A stretch of DNA of 48,250 nt from an uncultured Phaeodactylibacter sp. (GCA_964454855.1 CAYVVK010000001.1:8652-56901); one strand, 5' to 3'; counted from the stretch's first letter, positions 15,827 to 25,281 are shown. Numbers and translations: made by a program. The notes: a model not told the origin generated them from the sequence alone.

Positions 15827-16881
15827 GGTTTCGTGATTTTCAGGTTTACAGAAAAGCTGGTTTCCGTTTCCAGGATATTCAGCTGGTGCCGGCCGGGGTA
15901 GAGCAGGTTCAGCCTTTTCCGGACGTTGTCCAGGCCTATGCCTTGTTCTCTTTCAGGCAGATCCTCTGCTGTCGGCGCTTTGTCATTCTGCATGCTGAAA
16001 TACAGTTCGCCCTGCTCAATAACAAGAGATATTTCTACGAATGGAGGCTGCCCCTGTCCCCTGAGCCCGTGTTTGAACCCATTTTCCACAAAGGGAATGA
16101 AGATCAGTGGAGGGATCTGCAGGCCTTCAGGCTCTCCGGACGCCGTCCATTCCACCCGGGCCTCCGGGCGCAGCCGTAGCCGCTGCAGTTCGATGTAGTT
16201 GTCGATGTATTCCAGTTCTTTTTCCAGAGGTACGTATTCGCCCCGGCAATCGTACAGCATGTAGCGCATGCATTCCGAAAGGCGGAGTATGGCCTCCGGC
16301 ACCCTGGGTGACTCCTCCAGGGCCTGGCTGTACAGGTTATTCAGGATATTGAAAAGAAAGTGAGGGTCTATCTGTGATTTCAGCGCTTTCAGTTCTGCCC
16401 GCGCCCGTTCTTTTTCCAGCCGGCTGATGCGTTTTTCCTGCCGCTGCAGTTCGAACCATCCCCTGGAGAGTTTTAACAGGCTGGTAATGGCCAGATAAAC
16501 GAGGTGGTATTGCAGCAGCTCCCCGTAACTGAAATAGGAGATGAAATAATAGTCGGGAAACAGCCAGCCGGCAAGTACGTCGAAGGTGAAAATGTTGAAA
16601 TAGGTGGCGGCCAGAAGCAGGGCCGTGATGGCGAGCAGATACCACAAATAACGCCGGGCCTGTAATAACTTTGGGATCAGCAGCAGCAGGTTGGCGTATA
16701 CGGCCAGCCAGAGGCTGAGGTGGAAAAGCAGAGTATAAATGATGTCTGCGCGGTGAACGGTATCCTCGTAGGCAAAGTGGCGGGCGAGAACGTAAAACGA
16801 CAGCAGCCAGAAAGCCAGGTGCTGCAGTGGCCGCTGTCGAAGAAGATATTCGGCAAATCTGGAAAACCTGCTCATGATCAT
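15781..16881 (-). CDS. LytS/YehU-type sensor histidine kinase
   Basis: Multi-TM N-terminus, a coiled linker, the His_kinase H-box DPHFLFNILNNLYS, and the HATPase G-box GIGLDNVRKRL. The 3' end overlaps the response regulator start by 46 nt. Confidence 0.9.
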   Translation of the reverse strand: MIMSRFSRFAEYLLRQRPLQHLAFWLLSFYVLARHFAYEDTVHRADIIYTLLFHLSLWLAVYANLLLLIPKLLQARRYLWYLLAITALLLAATYFNIFTFDVLAGWLFPDYYFISYFSYGELLQYHLVYLAITSLLKLSRGWFELQRQEKRISRLEKERARAELKALKSQIDPHFLFNILNNLYSQALEESPRVPEAILRLSECMRYMLYDCRGEYVPLEKELEYIDNYIELQRLRLRPEARVEWTASGEPEGLQIPPLIFIPFVENGFKHGLRGQGQPPFVEISLVIEQGELYFSMQNDKAPTAEDLPEREQGIGLDNVRKRLNLLYPGRHQLNILETETSFSVNLKITKPCPLPASSSTTNRRP

Positions 16882-17435
16882 CGTTTCAGGACGAGTGGGT
16901 CGATATAGGCTTTTTCATCGTCCGCGTATTTTCTGACGAATTCCTGGAGTTCCTCCGTGGATGCCGTTAAGATAATGTTCCCGTCTTGAGAAACCTCGTG
17001 TTTGATGCGGATCTTTCGTTGTTTGAACAGTTCCCCCAGCCAGTCGACATCGAAGAAGTACATCGTCATTTTTCCTTCGTCCCAGCTTACTTTGGCAAAG
17101 GAATGTGTGGGTATCAGAGGGGCTATGGCCAGTGCGTCCTTATTATCCCATTCTGAGGAAGTGTTGTAGAAATCGAAGAAGTAGTGCTCTCCCAGCTTCA
17201 CCAGGTGGGCATCAAAGACGGATCTTTCATCTGCGTCCGCATAAGTGAGTTCGTAATGGGGCTTGTCACCCGCCTGCCGCAGCGTCCAGGTGGCATTATC
17301 ATCTTCGTTCCATACGCCAATCAGGGCCTCCTTAAATACCAGGATGTCTTCCGTATAAAGCGGATGAATGGATGGGATACAACTGTGGAGGATGAAGACG
17401 ATAGCCAGGCTTAAAACAATCAGTGTTCGTTTCAT
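16878..17435 (-). CDS. hypothetical lipoprotein (first gene of the kinase/regulator operon)
   Basis: Signal peptide with the lipobox-like ILHSC. 185 aa. ATGA overlap with the kinase start. Confidence 0.7.
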   Translation of the reverse strand: MKRTLIVLSLAIVFILHSCIPSIHPLYTEDILVFKEALIGVWNEDDNATWTLRQAGDKPHYELTYADADERSVFDAHLVKLGEHYFFDFYNTSSEWDNKDALAIAPLIPTHSFAKVSWDEGKMTMYFFDVDWLGELFKQRKIRIKHEVSQDGNIILTASTEELQEFVRKYADDEKAYIDPLVLKR

Positions 17436-17519
17436 GATCGTTGGTTTTAATTTACCACGAAACTAGGCTCGTGAGGCCGCCTGCCCAAAATTAGTCGTTG
17501 AACGGCCGCTTACCGTAGT

Positions 17520-19154
17520 TCAACGGAGGAAAGCAAAGAGGATCTGTACATAAACGATCTTGGTGATCAGCGAAACGGGAAGCATAAGGGTGAAGCCGAT
17601 ATTGGGCAGTTTGTTCTGTGATTTTTCCAGCGCATAGTCCAGGATGGCGGGCTGGTTGGCCACCATTCCGATGAGGAAGCTGTAGGGGATCTTCAGCAGT
17701 TTGTACCCGATGAAAAGGGTAGCGACGGCAGTCAGGAAACTAATGATGGTGCCGGCCAGGAAAATGATGCCACCTCCGCCTTTGGAGATGGTGTCCATAA
17801 AGGTATGGCCGGAATTGACGCCGACGCCGGAAAGCAGCAGAATAAGGCCTACCTGCCGAAGGGTGAGGTTGGCGCTGTAGGGCAGGGTCCAGACGATGGG
17901 GCCGGTGCGGCGCAGGGCGCCCAGGATGAGAGAGACGATGATGGGGCCTCCGGCAAAGCCCAGCCTGAAGTTGACCCCGCCGGGCAACTGGAAGGTGATC
18001 ATGCCCAAAAGCAGGCCCAGTGCCATACCCAGGCCGAAGGAGAGCAGGTTGATCTTGCTCAGGGCATCATAGGAGTCGCCGAAAATTCGGACGATGCTGG
18101 GGATGTCCTGCCGGCGCGCCACGAAGCGCACGCGGTCCCCCAGTTCGAGCACCGTGCGGGCATTGGCCAGAATGTCGATATCGCCGCGCCGCACCCGGGT
18201 GATGATGGCGGCAAAGCGCTCATTGATGTTCAGGGTGGCCAGGCGCTCGCCGGCGATCTTGGGGTTGGAAACAAAGATGCGGCGGGTATCGTACTCCGAG
18301 CGGCCGTAGGAAAGCTGATAGGGAAGCAGCTTTCCCAGTATGCCGGCTACCCGCTCGATCTCCTCCAGGTCACCTACCACCGCGACCTGATCGCTGGTTT
18401 TGAAGGAAGTATCAAAATTGGTGAGTATGGTTTCTTCCCCGCGCTGCAGCCTGCCGAAGACTACGGCCATTTCATGCCGGTGTTTCAGGTCGCGCAGGGG
18501 GACGCCCACTACGCTGGGATTGGTGATCTCCACAGACCGGCTGGTGACGTTCTGCTTGACGGGATACTCTTTTTTCAGGCTTTCCTCCTCCTTTCTATAG
18601 TCGATCTTCAGTGCCCGCTGCATCAACGAGATGGCGACCATGACGCCAATGACTCCCATGGGGTAGGAGAGGGAGTAACCGATGACGGCCTCTTCGCTCA
18701 TGCTTTTGGTGCTTTCCGGGGAAGCCTGAATATTGCTGATGGCATCCAGCAGGCCCGCCAGGGCAGGAGTATTGGTAGTGCTTCCGGCGAACAGGCCGGA
18801 AGTGGTGCTGGCCTCAAACTCAAAGAGGTAATGGAGCCCCACGGCAATGCTGGCTGAGAAGGTCAGCATGATGATCACAAAGACGATATCGCGCGAACCG
18901 CGCTGGCGGAAAGTGGCAAAAAAACTGGGGCCGCTGCTCAGGCCTATGGTGTACACAAATATGGCCAGGCCCAGGAAGATGATGGTCTCCGGAATGTACA
19001 GCTCCGGGCTCAGCCCGCCTATGGCGAGGCCCACAAAAAGCACGGCTGCTACGCCCAGGTTGCTGCCGCGAATGTTTATGCTGCCCACTCCGTAGCCCAG
19101 GCCGGCTACGACGAACAGCAGTAAAACCGGATTTTCGATGAATGCTTCTACCAT
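17520..19154 (-). CDS. AspT/YidE/YbjL family putative transporter with two internal RCK_C (TrkA-C) domains
   Basis: Two homologous membrane halves flank a soluble repeat region. The N-terminus MVEAFIENPVLLLFVVAGLGYGVGSINIRGSNLGVAAVLF resembles the YidE start. An alternative ATG lies at 19172. Confidence 0.85.
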   Translation of the reverse strand: MVEAFIENPVLLLFVVAGLGYGVGSINIRGSNLGVAAVLFVGLAIGGLSPELYIPETIIFLGLAIFVYTIGLSSGPSFFATFRQRGSRDIVFVIIMLTFSASIAVGLHYLFEFEASTTSGLFAGSTTNTPALAGLLDAISNIQASPESTKSMSEEAVIGYSLSYPMGVIGVMVAISLMQRALKIDYRKEEESLKKEYPVKQNVTSRSVEITNPSVVGVPLRDLKHRHEMAVVFGRLQRGEETILTNFDTSFKTSDQVAVVGDLEEIERVAGILGKLLPYQLSYGRSEYDTRRIFVSNPKIAGERLATLNINERFAAIITRVRRGDIDILANARTVLELGDRVRFVARRQDIPSIVRIFGDSYDALSKINLLSFGLGMALGLLLGMITFQLPGGVNFRLGFAGGPIIVSLILGALRRTGPIVWTLPYSANLTLRQVGLILLLSGVGVNSGHTFMDTISKGGGGIIFLAGTIISFLTAVATLFIGYKLLKIPYSFLIGMVANQPAILDYALEKSQNKLPNIGFTLMLPVSLITKIVYVQILFAFLR

Positions 19155-19306
19155 AGTGCGCAAAGGTAACATATACGGGCCGAAAGCGTTCAGTCCTTTT
19201 TGCCTAGTACGCTGTGCACAGGAAAAAGTCAGGGGAGCAGCCCGGCAGGATATTTGATTTTGCAGGAGCCGGGCATTATTTCGTGAGGTGATTTGCCCTG
19301 GCTTTG

Positions 19307-19314
19307 TACTTTTG
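19307..19314 (+). promoter_or_regulatory. candidate Bacteroidetes -7 promoter box for the symporter gene
   Basis: TACTTTTG is an exact TAnnTTTG match, 49 nt upstream of the ATG at 19363. Confidence 0.4.
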
Positions 19315-19362
19315 TTCTTACATTCATTGATTATTTCGAAAAACTAACTAAAGCTCAAAGCC

Positions 19363-21054
19363 ATGTTTTCCACCCTGGGCACCTTAGACCTTCTGATTAT
19401 CGCTGCTTATTTCGTACTCGTCTTTCTCCTGGCCGGGTGGGTCACCATCCGGGAGCGGCGGGCCAAAGCCCAGGACTATGGCTCGCAGGATTATTTTCTG
19501 GGGGGAAAGAACCTGGGCTGGTTCGTGATCGGCGCTTCCCTTTTTGCTTCCAATATCGGCTCCGAGCACCTGGTGGGCCTGGCGGGCTCCGGCGCCCGGG
19601 GAGATATGCCAGCGGCTCAGTTTGAACTGCTGGCTTCCTTGATTCTCATATTGCTGGGCTGGGTGTTTGTCCCCTTTTATATCAAGAGCGGGGTGTTTAC
19701 CATGCCGGAGTTTCTCGAACGCCGCTACAGTTCCGGCGCCCGAAACTATCTGTCCATCATTTCTATCCTCGCCTATGTGCTTACCAAGATATCCATTACC
19801 ATTTTCGCCGGAGCCCTGGTCTTTGAAGTAATGGGTGTGGAATTCTGGACGGGCGCCATGATCGTGGTGATCGCTACTGGTATTTACACCATATTTGGCG
19901 GGCTACGTGCGGTGGTCTACACCGATATGATGCAGATGTTCGTGCTGGTGGGCGGCTCCATGGCAGCCACCTTTTTCGGCCTGAAGGCGCTGGGTGGCTG
20001 GGATGGTATGATGGCGGTGTTCAACGAGGCGGAAGCCGAGCTGGGCTATGTGACGGAAACGAGGTATTTCAACCTCTGGCGCCCGATGTCGGACCCGGAT
20101 TTTCCCTGGACGGGCATCCTGTTTGGAGCTCCCATCCTGGGGATATGGTACTGGTGTACCGACCAGTTCATCGTACAGCGGGTACTTTCCGCCAAGGACA
20201 TCAGTAACGCCCGCAAAGGGACGCTCTTTGGCGGATTTCTCAAAATACTTCCCCTTTTTATCTTCGTCATACCGGGGGTGATCGCCTTCGCCCTCTCTCA
20301 AAAAGGCCTGCTTTCACTGGAAGGCGATCCCGACAAGGCCCTGCCGGCTATGATCACCGATTTTCTGCCGCCGGGGCTGAAAGGGTTCATTCTCGCCGGC
20401 CTGCTGGCTGCCCTGATGAGTTCCTTGTCGTCGGTATTCAATTCCTGTTCTACTTTATTTACCATTGACTTCTACAAGAAATGGCGGGCCCGGGCCTCGG
20501 AAAGGGAACTCGTATATGTGGGGCAAATTGCTACCGTGGTGCTGGTAGGCATTAGCCTGGCCTGGATACCTTTTATGCGCATCATGATGGAGGGCAGCAG
20601 CTTCTACCAGTACCTGCAAAGCGTACAGGCTTATATTTCGCCGCCCATTGCTGCGGCTTTCCTGCTGGGCCTTTTCATCAAACGCATCAATGCGAAAGGG
20701 GCCATCTGGGCACTCTGGGTGGGCTTCTTCCTGGGCTTGGGCCGGCTCGTACTTGAATATCAGAAAAACATTGGGAATATCCCGGAAGGCTCTTTTATCT
20801 ATTGGTATGCCGACATCAATTTCCTGCACTTTGCCATATTGCTTTTTGTCATCTGCGCTCTGGTACTCGTAGGCATGAGCCTGCTCGCCCCGCAGGACCC
20901 GCCTGAAAAGCTGCAGGATGTGACCTACGAAAAGCCGAAGGACCGCACCACCGGCTTCTCGCCGCGCAATAAGGATTTCTGGCTGACCCTGTTGCTTATT
21001 GCTTCTATACTTACCTTGTGGCTGGTGTTCAGCCCCTTAGGTTTGGGAGGGTGA
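19363..21054 (+). CDS. sodium:solute symporter family (SSF/SGLT-like) transporter
   Basis: YFLGGKNLGWFVIGASLFASNIGSEHLVGLAG and GGLRAVVYTDMMQ motifs. Many TM helices. 563 aa. Confidence 0.9.
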   Translation: MFSTLGTLDLLIIAAYFVLVFLLAGWVTIRERRAKAQDYGSQDYFLGGKNLGWFVIGASLFASNIGSEHLVGLAGSGARGDMPAAQFELLASLILILLGWVFVPFYIKSGVFTMPEFLERRYSSGARNYLSIISILAYVLTKISITIFAGALVFEVMGVEFWTGAMIVVIATGIYTIFGGLRAVVYTDMMQMFVLVGGSMAATFFGLKALGGWDGMMAVFNEAEAELGYVTETRYFNLWRPMSDPDFPWTGILFGAPILGIWYWCTDQFIVQRVLSAKDISNARKGTLFGGFLKILPLFIFVIPGVIAFALSQKGLLSLEGDPDKALPAMITDFLPPGLKGFILAGLLAALMSSLSSVFNSCSTLFTIDFYKKWRARASERELVYVGQIATVVLVGISLAWIPFMRIMMEGSSFYQYLQSVQAYISPPIAAAFLLGLFIKRINAKGAIWALWVGFFLGLGRLVLEYQKNIGNIPEGSFIYWYADINFLHFAILLFVICALVLVGMSLLAPQDPPEKLQDVTYEKPKDRTTGFSPRNKDFWLTLLLIASILTLWLVFSPLGLGG

Positions 21055-21172
21055 TTACGGCCGGGCCAGATGCTGTAGACGCTTATTTTGGCTCCCTGCG
21101 GGCCAAAATGGTACTATTGATGCTATAGTACTTACAGCCCTGGCTCGCTTTCGCCATTACGGGAGCCTAGTG

Positions 21173-21214
21173 CAGTCGGCAGTAAATAGTTGACAGTCGG
21201 CAGTCGAAATAATC
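21173..21214 (+). repeat. tandem direct repeat CAGTCGGCAGT x2 at 21-bp period
   Basis: The exact 11-mer occurs at 21173-21183 and 21194-21204. The units read tagtgCAGTCGGCAGTaaa and tagttgaCAGTCGGCAGTcgaaa. Confidence 0.7.
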
Positions 21215-21336
21215 AACGGGTTATCAATCTATTATAACACCAACTACCTGTCAATTAATTAACTCCCAAAGCACTAGCCTACGCTCTTCGGGCACCGTAG
21301 CTTTGGCAAAGGAGCCCCGCTTCGGCATCCACAGCA

Positions 21337-22887
21337 TCACAACTCCTCCACCCTCTCCTTATACTCCGCCGCCTGCTTTAGTATGGCCTCCTTTTTTTCA
21401 CTATCCATGCGGTTCCAGGTACCGTACATCATGGAGATGCGGGGGTTGTTGCCGAGCTTGTCTTCGTGCCGGCTGTAGAAATCCCAGTACAGGCTGTTGA
21501 ATGGGCAGGCCTTATCGCCTGTCTTTTCCTTGCGGTTGTAGTGGCAGTTGGTGCAGTAATCGCTCATTTTGTGGATGTAGTTGGCGCTGGACACGTAAGG
21601 TTTGGTGCCGACGATGCCGCCGTCGGCAAACTGGCTCATTCCGCGGGTGTTTGTGATCTCCACCCATTCGATGGCGTCCATATAGATGCCGAGGTACCAC
21701 TCGTCCATGGCATCCGGGTGTACGCCGAGGAGCAGGCCGAAATTACCGGTGACCATGAGGCGCTGAATGTGGTGGGCATAGGCATGCTCAAGGGATTGCC
21801 CGATGGCATGTTTGAGGCAGTTCATTTTGGTTTCTCCGGTCCAGTACCATTCCGGCAATTTTGCCTGGTGATCGAAGAAGTTCATTTTGGCAAAATCCGG
21901 CATCTTTGCCCAGTAGACGCCGCGCATGAATTCCCGCCAGCCGATGATCTGCCGGACGAAGCCCTCGATCTGGGAAATGTCGATGTCCTCCTTGTTGTTA
22001 TGCCAGTGTTCGATGCAGGTATCCACCACTTCCTTTGGGCTCAGCATTTTGCTGTTCATGGCGAAGGAGAGCTTGGAGTGGAAGAGCAGGTAATCACGCT
22101 CTGTCATGGCATCCTGGTAGGTGCCGAAAAGGGGAAGCTGGTGTTCTGTAAAGTGATCCAGCAGTTGCAGGCATTCTTCCCGGTTGACGGGCCAGGTGAA
22201 CTTCTTTTCGTCTACCCTGCCTATGGTTTCAACGCCTTTTTCCTTCAGTAGCTGTACGATATCGCTCACGTCTCGTTCGAAATGAAGCGGCTCGGGAATG
22301 CTTTGCTTTTTGGGCAGTTTCTTCCGGTTCTCCTCATCGTAGTTCCAGCGGCCGGTGAGCGGGGTTTCACCATCGGGCTCCATCATAATGTCAAAACGCT
22401 TGCGGATATCGCGGTAGAAATTTTCCAGCAGGTAAGTCTTTTTACCCTTGAAGAAAGAGGCGACGGCATCCCGGGATGTCATAAAATGTTCGGTATCTAC
22501 CGCTTGGGTAGCTATGCGCAGCCCGTCGCAGAATTCCCGCATTTGCGCGTCCAGCCGGTACTCGTCGGGCAGCTGGTACTCCATTTTTTGAATGTCGAAT
22601 TTATCGATCAGGTATTGAAGGTTGCCGGAGATCGAATGTTTGTTCTCCTCCTCATCCAGGTAGATGTAGTGTACCTCATGGCCGCGCTCTTTCAGTTTTT
22701 TAGCGAAGGCGCGCATGGCGAGGAAAAAACCGATCACTTTCTGAATGTGGTGCCGCACATAGCCTGTTTCAGAGAGCGACTCCATCATGACATAGAGCGT
22801 ACTGTCGTTTTTTTCTTCGTACCAGGAGTGTTTGCTGTTGAGCTGGTCTCCCAGAATAAGGCGCAGGGTGTGGTAGGTTTTTGCCAT
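21337..22887 (-). CDS. cryptochrome/photolyase family protein of the FeS-BCP (CryPro, PhrB/CryB-like) type
   Basis: N-terminus MAKTYHTLRLILGDQL (COG3046-like). Four Cys have the spacing of the 4Fe-4S ligands: MNCLKHA, then YCTNCHYNRKEKTGDKACPF (C-x2-C-x12-C). An alternative upstream ATG lies at 22926. Confidence 0.85.
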   Translation of the reverse strand: MAKTYHTLRLILGDQLNSKHSWYEEKNDSTLYVMMESLSETGYVRHHIQKVIGFFLAMRAFAKKLKERGHEVHYIYLDEEENKHSISGNLQYLIDKFDIQKMEYQLPDEYRLDAQMREFCDGLRIATQAVDTEHFMTSRDAVASFFKGKKTYLLENFYRDIRKRFDIMMEPDGETPLTGRWNYDEENRKKLPKKQSIPEPLHFERDVSDIVQLLKEKGVETIGRVDEKKFTWPVNREECLQLLDHFTEHQLPLFGTYQDAMTERDYLLFHSKLSFAMNSKMLSPKEVVDTCIEHWHNNKEDIDISQIEGFVRQIIGWREFMRGVYWAKMPDFAKMNFFDHQAKLPEWYWTGETKMNCLKHAIGQSLEHAYAHHIQRLMVTGNFGLLLGVHPDAMDEWYLGIYMDAIEWVEITNTRGMSQFADGGIVGTKPYVSSANYIHKMSDYCTNCHYNRKEKTGDKACPFNSLYWDFYSRHEDKLGNNPRISMMYGTWNRMDSEKKEAILKQAAEYKERVEEL

Positions 22888-23038
22888 TGGAGTGATATCA
22901 GGGGTATAATGAAAATTCAAGGGCATAACAGCAGGCTTTTACCAATGTTCATCCATGAATTGCCCGATTTAATCAATTAAGCTTCCCGGGCTGGCCTGAG
23001 GTTAACTATATTCGCTGGCACAAGAAAACCAGCAAACG

Positions 23039-23932
23039 ATGAGCGTACTTACCATCGAGGGCCTTACCAAGCGATATGGGAAGATCACCGCAGTAGACAA
23101 CCTCAGCCTGGAAGTGGAAAAGGGCATGTCTTTCGGAATACTGGGCCCCAACGGCAGCGGGAAGACTACTACGCTGGGCATCATCCTGGGCATTGCCCGC
23201 GCCAGGTCCGGTTCTTTTCAGTGGTTCGACGGCCGTTATGGCAATAAACACCGGCTACATATCGGCGCACTTCTGGAAACGCCCAACTTTTACCCTTACC
23301 TGAATGGGGTAGAGAACCTGCAGGTCATCGCCCACATCAAACGGGTGAAAGAGCCCCGCATCGATTATCTCCTCCAACTGGTCAACCTGCATCACCGCCG
23401 TCATTCTGCTTTCCGTACCTATTCCCTGGGCATGAAACAGCGCCTTGCCATTGCCGCAGCGATGGTCGGCGGGCCGGAAGTCCTGATCTTTGATGAACCC
23501 ACCAACGGCCTGGACCCACAGGGCATCGCGGAAGTACGGCAGACGCTGAAGGAGATCGCCCAGATGGGAAAGACCATCATCATGGCCAGCCATATCCTGG
23601 ATGAGGTGGAAAAGGTATGCTCACATGTGGCCATCATTAAGGATGGCAAAATGCTGGCCTCCGGCACAGTAGGCGCCATTATTAGTGAAGATGTGCTGGT
23701 GGAGGTGGGCGCGGAAGGCCTCGCCCGGCTCCGGGAGGCCTTTGAGCCCCTGGAGTTTGTACGCCGTATTGAGGAACAGGAGGGAAGGCTGATGCTCTAC
23801 CTTACCGAAGAAGTGCCCGCCGCGCAACTCAACCGCCTGGCTTTCGAAAAGGATATCGCCCTTTCTCACCTGAGAGTAGTCAAGAAAAGCCTGGAGTCGG
23901 AATTTCTGGAGATCACCAGCCGGGAATCCTGA
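23039..23932 (+). CDS. ABC transporter ATP-binding protein
   Basis: Walker A GPNGSGKTT, signature YSLGMKQRL, Walker B LIFDEPTNGLD. Confidence 0.92.
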   Translation: MSVLTIEGLTKRYGKITAVDNLSLEVEKGMSFGILGPNGSGKTTTLGIILGIARARSGSFQWFDGRYGNKHRLHIGALLETPNFYPYLNGVENLQVIAHIKRVKEPRIDYLLQLVNLHHRRHSAFRTYSLGMKQRLAIAAAMVGGPEVLIFDEPTNGLDPQGIAEVRQTLKEIAQMGKTIIMASHILDEVEKVCSHVAIIKDGKMLASGTVGAIISEDVLVEVGAEGLARLREAFEPLEFVRRIEEQEGRLMLYLTEEVPAAQLNRLAFEKDIALSHLRVVKKSLESEFLEITSRES

Positions 23933-23936
23933 ATCA

Positions 23937-24094
23937 ACCACCTTAGTAAGTAGGCGGACAGAACAATATAACGATGTAACCCATACCCATACCTTTAGGT
24001 TTGCTCAACAATCTTCCCGGAACGCCCGAGAATAAAGCGTTTCAGACTCTACTGCCGAAGCAGTATAAGTAAACTAAATCTGTCCACTCACTTA
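23937..24094. repeat. dispersed intergenic repeat, copy B (MITE-like, with imperfect terminal inverted repeats)
   Basis: Shares the blocks listed for copy A. taagtaggcggacag 23947-23961 versus ctgtccactcactta 24080-24094 gives 12/15 complementary positions. It fills almost the whole 177-nt gap between the ATPase and permease genes. Confidence 0.7.
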
Positions 24095-24109
24095 AAAACT
24101 ATCCCCGCT

Positions 24110-24916
24110 ATGCTTTTTTTACTAGAGCTGGAATGGAAAAAGATCAACAAGCTGGTATCCTTTCGCTTGTTCATCATCTTTTATATCGTCCTGCTTCCCG
24201 CCATTTTGCTGACGGGAAAGCGCATCCAGGGCCTGCCGCCGCCGCTGGTGACCAATGAAGTGTTTTTCATGTTCCCCACCGTTTGGGAATACCTGGGGTA
24301 CGTGGGCAACTGGCTGTGCTTTTTCTTCTTCGGTTTCCTGGCCATTATCACCATCACTACGGAGTACAGTTACCGGACCATGCGGCAGAATATCATTACG
24401 GGCCTGAGCCGCCGGCAGTATTTTCTGGGGAAAGTATACTTCATCCTGGCCATGAGCCTTTTAGCTACTCTGTACTATTGCCTGTGTGCTTTGATAATCG
24501 GTTATTTCGGCACAACCTCCATATACTGGCACAAGGTGGTGCAAAATGCGGATTACATTCCCCGCTATTTTCTGATGTGCCTGGGGTATATGAGCTTCGG
24601 CCTGTTCCTGGGCTTCTGGATCAAAAAAACGGGAGTGGCCCTTTTCCTCTACCTGGTGTACATCATGTTCCTGGAAGTCGTTTTGCGGTGGGGCGTACAT
24701 TTTCAACTGCTGGAGAACGGCAGCATGCGTTTTTACCCTATGAATGCCGTGGAAGACCTGGTGCCGGCTCCACTAACCGAAGTAGCCGGAGAGTTTCTGT
24801 CCAAATATGGATTTCAACTGTTTCTCAGCCCGGTGGAAGCTGCCATCACGACTATCATCTATTCGGCGATCTTTGTCGGCTTGGCCTACCGGGTAGTAGT
24901 ACGCTCAGACCTCTGA
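24110..24916 (+). CDS. ABC-2 type transporter permease
   Basis: 268 aa with about six hydrophobic helices. Lies downstream of the ABC ATPase on the same strand. Confidence 0.8.
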   Translation: MLFLLELEWKKINKLVSFRLFIIFYIVLLPAILLTGKRIQGLPPPLVTNEVFFMFPTVWEYLGYVGNWLCFFFFGFLAIITITTEYSYRTMRQNIITGLSRRQYFLGKVYFILAMSLLATLYYCLCALIIGYFGTTSIYWHKVVQNADYIPRYFLMCLGYMSFGLFLGFWIKKTGVALFLYLVYIMFLEVVLRWGVHFQLLENGSMRFYPMNAVEDLVPAPLTEVAGEFLSKYGFQLFLSPVEAAITTIIYSAIFVGLAYRVVVRSDL

Positions 24917-25248
24917 AAAGGGAGAGAAATAGATCTTTTCAGGCTGCTTCATTACAATTTTTTTTTGAGGCTGAAACCTTAGCCGTCCCAATTTTGTATT
25001 TAGTAGTGAAGCAGTTAGCGAATTTTCACTGTGTCATTTAAATGTCACAGTCGCCGAAGCGTATTAAAAAATTTAAGATTACTTTAACATTTGTCGGCAA
25101 TTTTGTATCTTTGCTTCAGACATTGGCACAAAATATAAAATCTTAGATCAAAATCAGTACGATTAGTTAATTGGTTTAAGATACAAGTTTTAGTATATTT
25201 TGGAGGGTGTAAAAGCCCTTCATAATAACAGTCGGGTGATTTCTTACA

Positions 25249-25281
25249 AGAGCGAAGTTTTATACTTCGCTCTCTTTTTTT
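25249..25281 (+). terminator. strong orphan intrinsic terminator
   Basis: 9-bp stem agagcgaag 25249-25257 pairs with cttcgctct 25265-25273, followed by c plus T7 at 25275-25281. The nearest upstream plus-strand gene ends 333 nt away. Confidence 0.7.

Noticed and set aside
19321-19330. 10-mer acattcattg shared between the symporter leader (19320-19329) and the first intergenic region (170-179)
   Set aside because: It is a single short AT-rich match. It could be chance and there is no further flanking similarity.
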